DNA from: Klebsormidium nitens
Taxonomy: Eukaryota > Plantae > Klebsormidiophyceae
Assembly: GCA_000708835.1 (NCBI GenBank)
Contig: DF237351.1
Span: 1 to 64,000, forward strand
Direction of reading: 5' to 3'
Length of the DNA: 64,000 nt
Program-made: the position numbers and the translations under genes
The notes under the pieces: generated by a model
The model's input: only the letters and a program-made list of their open reading frames with translations
The model's database searches: none
Told to the model about the DNA's origin: nothing
Part shown: in pieces, positions 61,052-64,000 of the stretch
How positions within the stretch are numbered: position 1 is the stretch's first letter
How the letters are laid out: every line of letters starts with the position of its first letter

Positions 61052-63506
61052 ATGCGCGAGCTTTCAGCTTCGCTGATGGAGCACAGGGGAGCAAATTATG
61101 AGAAGGATCTAGAAGCTGAGGAAGCCAAATTGAGGCAGAGCTGGTAACACCATAAGCATCTTGGGCAGCATTGCAAACCTAAAGCAGGGTGCTGCTGCCG
61201 TTCTCTGCGATGCAAGACAGAGGAGTACTGGCCTTGTCACTGCCGACAACCGCTCAAAAGAGACTGCGCAGTTGGCTTGTGCTACCTTGGGGTCTACTGT
61301 CGTTAGTCAAGATACTGGTATAGGCTTCTATTCTCTTGAAGGTAGTCAAATGGCAAGTGCGGCTCATGATGCAGCACAGCTTTACAAAACTGCCTCGCGG
61401 CATGACTTGCAGGAGAACTCTGAGCACCGAAAGAAGGAGGTTCGGACGGCGGCAGACGTGTTTGCGGACAGAGCCCCGTCCGTAATTGACATGGACCTGC
61501 TCTGGAAGCTGCAGGCAGACCACTACAAGGAGTTTGCAAGCCGCTTGCACGATGGGGATGCGGACAACCCTCAGGCGACTGTCCAGAATGCGCCTGACCA
61601 GCTGTATGGCGGTCAGGATGCATTGAATTTGGGGGCGAGGTCAGGGGAGCAAGCTAGAGTAGGACGAGAACTGAATGGCGGAACTGGTGGGAGCATCAGC
61701 ACGTTTGGGAAAGAGGAGGGAACAGAGCGAGCAGGGCCCTCAAGGAAGAGCGTTCGGAGGGCCAAGAAGCGAATGTTAGAATCAGGACTCTTGAGCAGAG
61801 AGTTGCCTGCGGACCCAGGGTCTTGTGAGCCATCACTAGGGGAAAGTCTAGGAGCAGCAGGGGACTCTGTAAGGTCCAAAATTGAGAGGAGAAGAGACGC
61901 CGAGCTTGAGCCCTCCCCAAAATCAATCCAAAAGCAGGCAGAAGGACCAGGACCCCCGCAGAAGCAGGGTGGTGTTAAATTGGTTGCGTCTGAAACAAGG
62001 AGAAATGCACCAGCTGAAGTTGCACAGAACCAGCGGAGGCGGGAGGAAGTCTCAGGAGAAGGAGAGGGCCCCGGTGTTGCCAAGTCCCCCGGACAGCCAT
62101 CAAAGGCAAGTCCTTATCCTGGAGATTTGATTTTATGTTTCTTAAAGGTGGAAGGCAGGCTGCCCGCTGAAGGCCTGCAAATGACTCGCCTTTGTTGTCG
62201 CAAATGGCGCACCTTTCTTGTCGCGGGGTGCTTTTGGAAGCAGGCAAACTTGTTTCGGATCCTGTTAGCCTGATCAACGATGGGCGGAGCCTTGAAGGTA
62301 TCCAAAAACTGCAGAAACGAAGAGCTACCCGTTCCCACTACATTCTTTGATGGTTTCCAAGCTTAATGTTTGCATCTCGCATTTGAACGAAAGTTGCGAT
62401 CGCAGATCAAAAGTCAGTAGAAGCAACCTTGCCTTGCCCAACGATTCCATACCCGTGTTAAAAGTTTCAACTTGGCTTCACTCGAGTGTCGGGGCTTCAT
62501 GACCTCAAAAAGCACTGGCCTCGCATTCCGTGGGTTAGTAGAGCTGCGGGTTCATCAAAGACTAACTCTATGTAACCTTCCCAGTTAGATTGATTACTCG
62601 AGATGACTCCATTCTGGCAGGTACTTTACGTCAAGAATTTGGACAGAAGTGTGATCAAGGGCGACCTACTAGCGCTTTTCCTCCCTTTCCAAAGAACCGG
62701 CGCTCCCTCCGTTTCGATTCGTCTGATGCAAAGGGGCCGGATGAAAGGGCAAGCGTTCATCACGTTCCCAGGTAAAACACACTGGAGCACGCCAATCCTA
62801 CGTTCAAAAGTGTTTACAGATATTGGGAGCTTCTCATGAACGGGGCTTGCTTATTCAGGCCATTCGGCATCCCGGTCTCATACCACATGCTTTCTCCTCT
62901 CTCAAATGTAACTGACGGTTCCCCCAGATCCTAATTTGACCGCAGGGATCCGTGCTCTGGATTAGCAACAGATTTCTGATTCAAAGTCTCGGTTCATCGA
63001 CGTGCTTCTCATTTCGGTTTGCCTTCTCATTTCTTGTAACTTGGCTGGGATCCCTACCTTAGAAAGTCGGAGGGCCAGGCTTTTTGGAAGTCCGATACCC
63101 CTGATTAAACGTCCGTCAACAGCAAGCTGTTGCTTAGAGTTGTTCGGTCAAATTATGTTCAGACTAGCTTTTATCTGGACGTCTTGAACGTCCGCCGCAT
63201 GTTCTCTTATTGGACCCTGCACTTCTGACCCTCGGGGTCAGGCTGGAACCGTACGGCTTTTACTATTTCATTCACTTTATTTGTCTGAGTCCAGGGAGGA
63301 ACGAACATTCTTGTCAAAATTGATGGGCAATCCTGCTGCCTTTGCAATATCGGTGGAGATATTAGCTGGTTACTGTGCAGAACACGAACTCCATCCGTCT
63401 CATCGTTGCAGACCTCCCGACAGCCCGCGAAGCTCTGGAGGCTACCAACGGCCTCGTGATCATAGGAAGACCCCTTATCGTCGAATTTGGTCGCAATCCA
63501 GGCTAG
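61052..63506 (+). CDS. RBM41: RBM41 / U11-U12-65K (RNPC3)-like RNA-binding protein with a single C-terminal RRM; 5' exons uncertain
   Basis: A long low-complexity exon ends ...KSPGQPSK at 62105 with a GC donor (AAG|GCAAGT). Exon 62621-62771 gives VLYVKNLDRSVIKGDLLALFLPFQRTGAPSVSIRLMQRGRMKGQAFITFP. Exon 63412-63506 gives DLPTAREALEATNGLVIIGRPLIVEFGRNPG and stop. The RRM family call is firm; RBM41 versus 65K orthology and the start site are tentative. Confidence 0.75.
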
Positions 63507-64000
63507 GCGTTGACGGGAAGGTCCTCCGCGTAATCAGGTTGCTGCAGACCCGCATCAGTGGCGCCGTGAATGCTCCCATGCTCCTTTCAAGGGAGCGGTC
63601 TTTGACCAGCCGACGGATCTCTATGGAAGGCCAGACGGCCATGCCCGTAGTGCTTTGGTTCACTGTGTGTTTGGAAATAAGCAGATACTTATCTCAATAT
63701 CGTGTATCATGTATGATGGGTTGTGCATGCTGCCTACCGTACCTAGGCGGCAGCGTCTCGCTCACTCAAACCCACATGAGGCCGGCCCAATTTGCAGTGC
63801 CTTGACGCCTGGTCAATGCTGGCTACCGCGATATATTAGTTAAACAAAATATCAGGCCGCGCTCAACATATTACTGCTGCGTAGCATGCACAGCTGGCGG
63901 CTAGCTCTGGCTGCTATACGCCATGATTCACTCAACCGTACGTGATTCATGATTCAACCGTCCCAGGGCCACGCCGCCGGTTATCGTATAAGTCGACCAG

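Overview
Eukaryotic, intron-rich, gene-dense genomic DNA with GC-rich exons, lower-GC introns and GT-AG splicing. The gene set is plant-like (plastid-targeted IGPS, DUF2828, secreted neutral ceramidase) alongside algal/bacterial-like genes, which fits a streptophyte green alga such as Klebsormidium (inference, not verified). Ten spliced genes were assembled by hand from splice signals and protein motifs: a 5'-truncated pRiA4b-ORF3/MM3350-like + zf-MYND gene, an SCP-like EF-hand protein, neutral ceramidase, a DUF2828/vWA protein, ZW10, IGPS, a mitochondrial phosphate carrier, a TRIP4/ASC-1 zf-C2HC5 protein, a cytosolic hybrid histidine kinase and an RBM41/U11-U12-65K-like RRM protein. There is also a frameshifted intronless F-box locus and an orphan intronless ORF. 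No rRNA, tRNA or CRISPR array was seen. The most unusual observations are: (1) an in-frame tandem array of duplicated branch point/acceptor/exon-start units in the MM3350-MYND gene; (2) a non-land-plant-type GAF/PAS hybrid kinase with a very long insertion in its ATPase domain; (3) an RBM41-like minor-spliceosome paralogue with a GC-AG intron; (4) a promoter block with 17 GTAC cores; (5) a Helentron/MITE-like element and a 40-bp hairpin in intergenic DNA. All exon models are manual predictions without transcript support.
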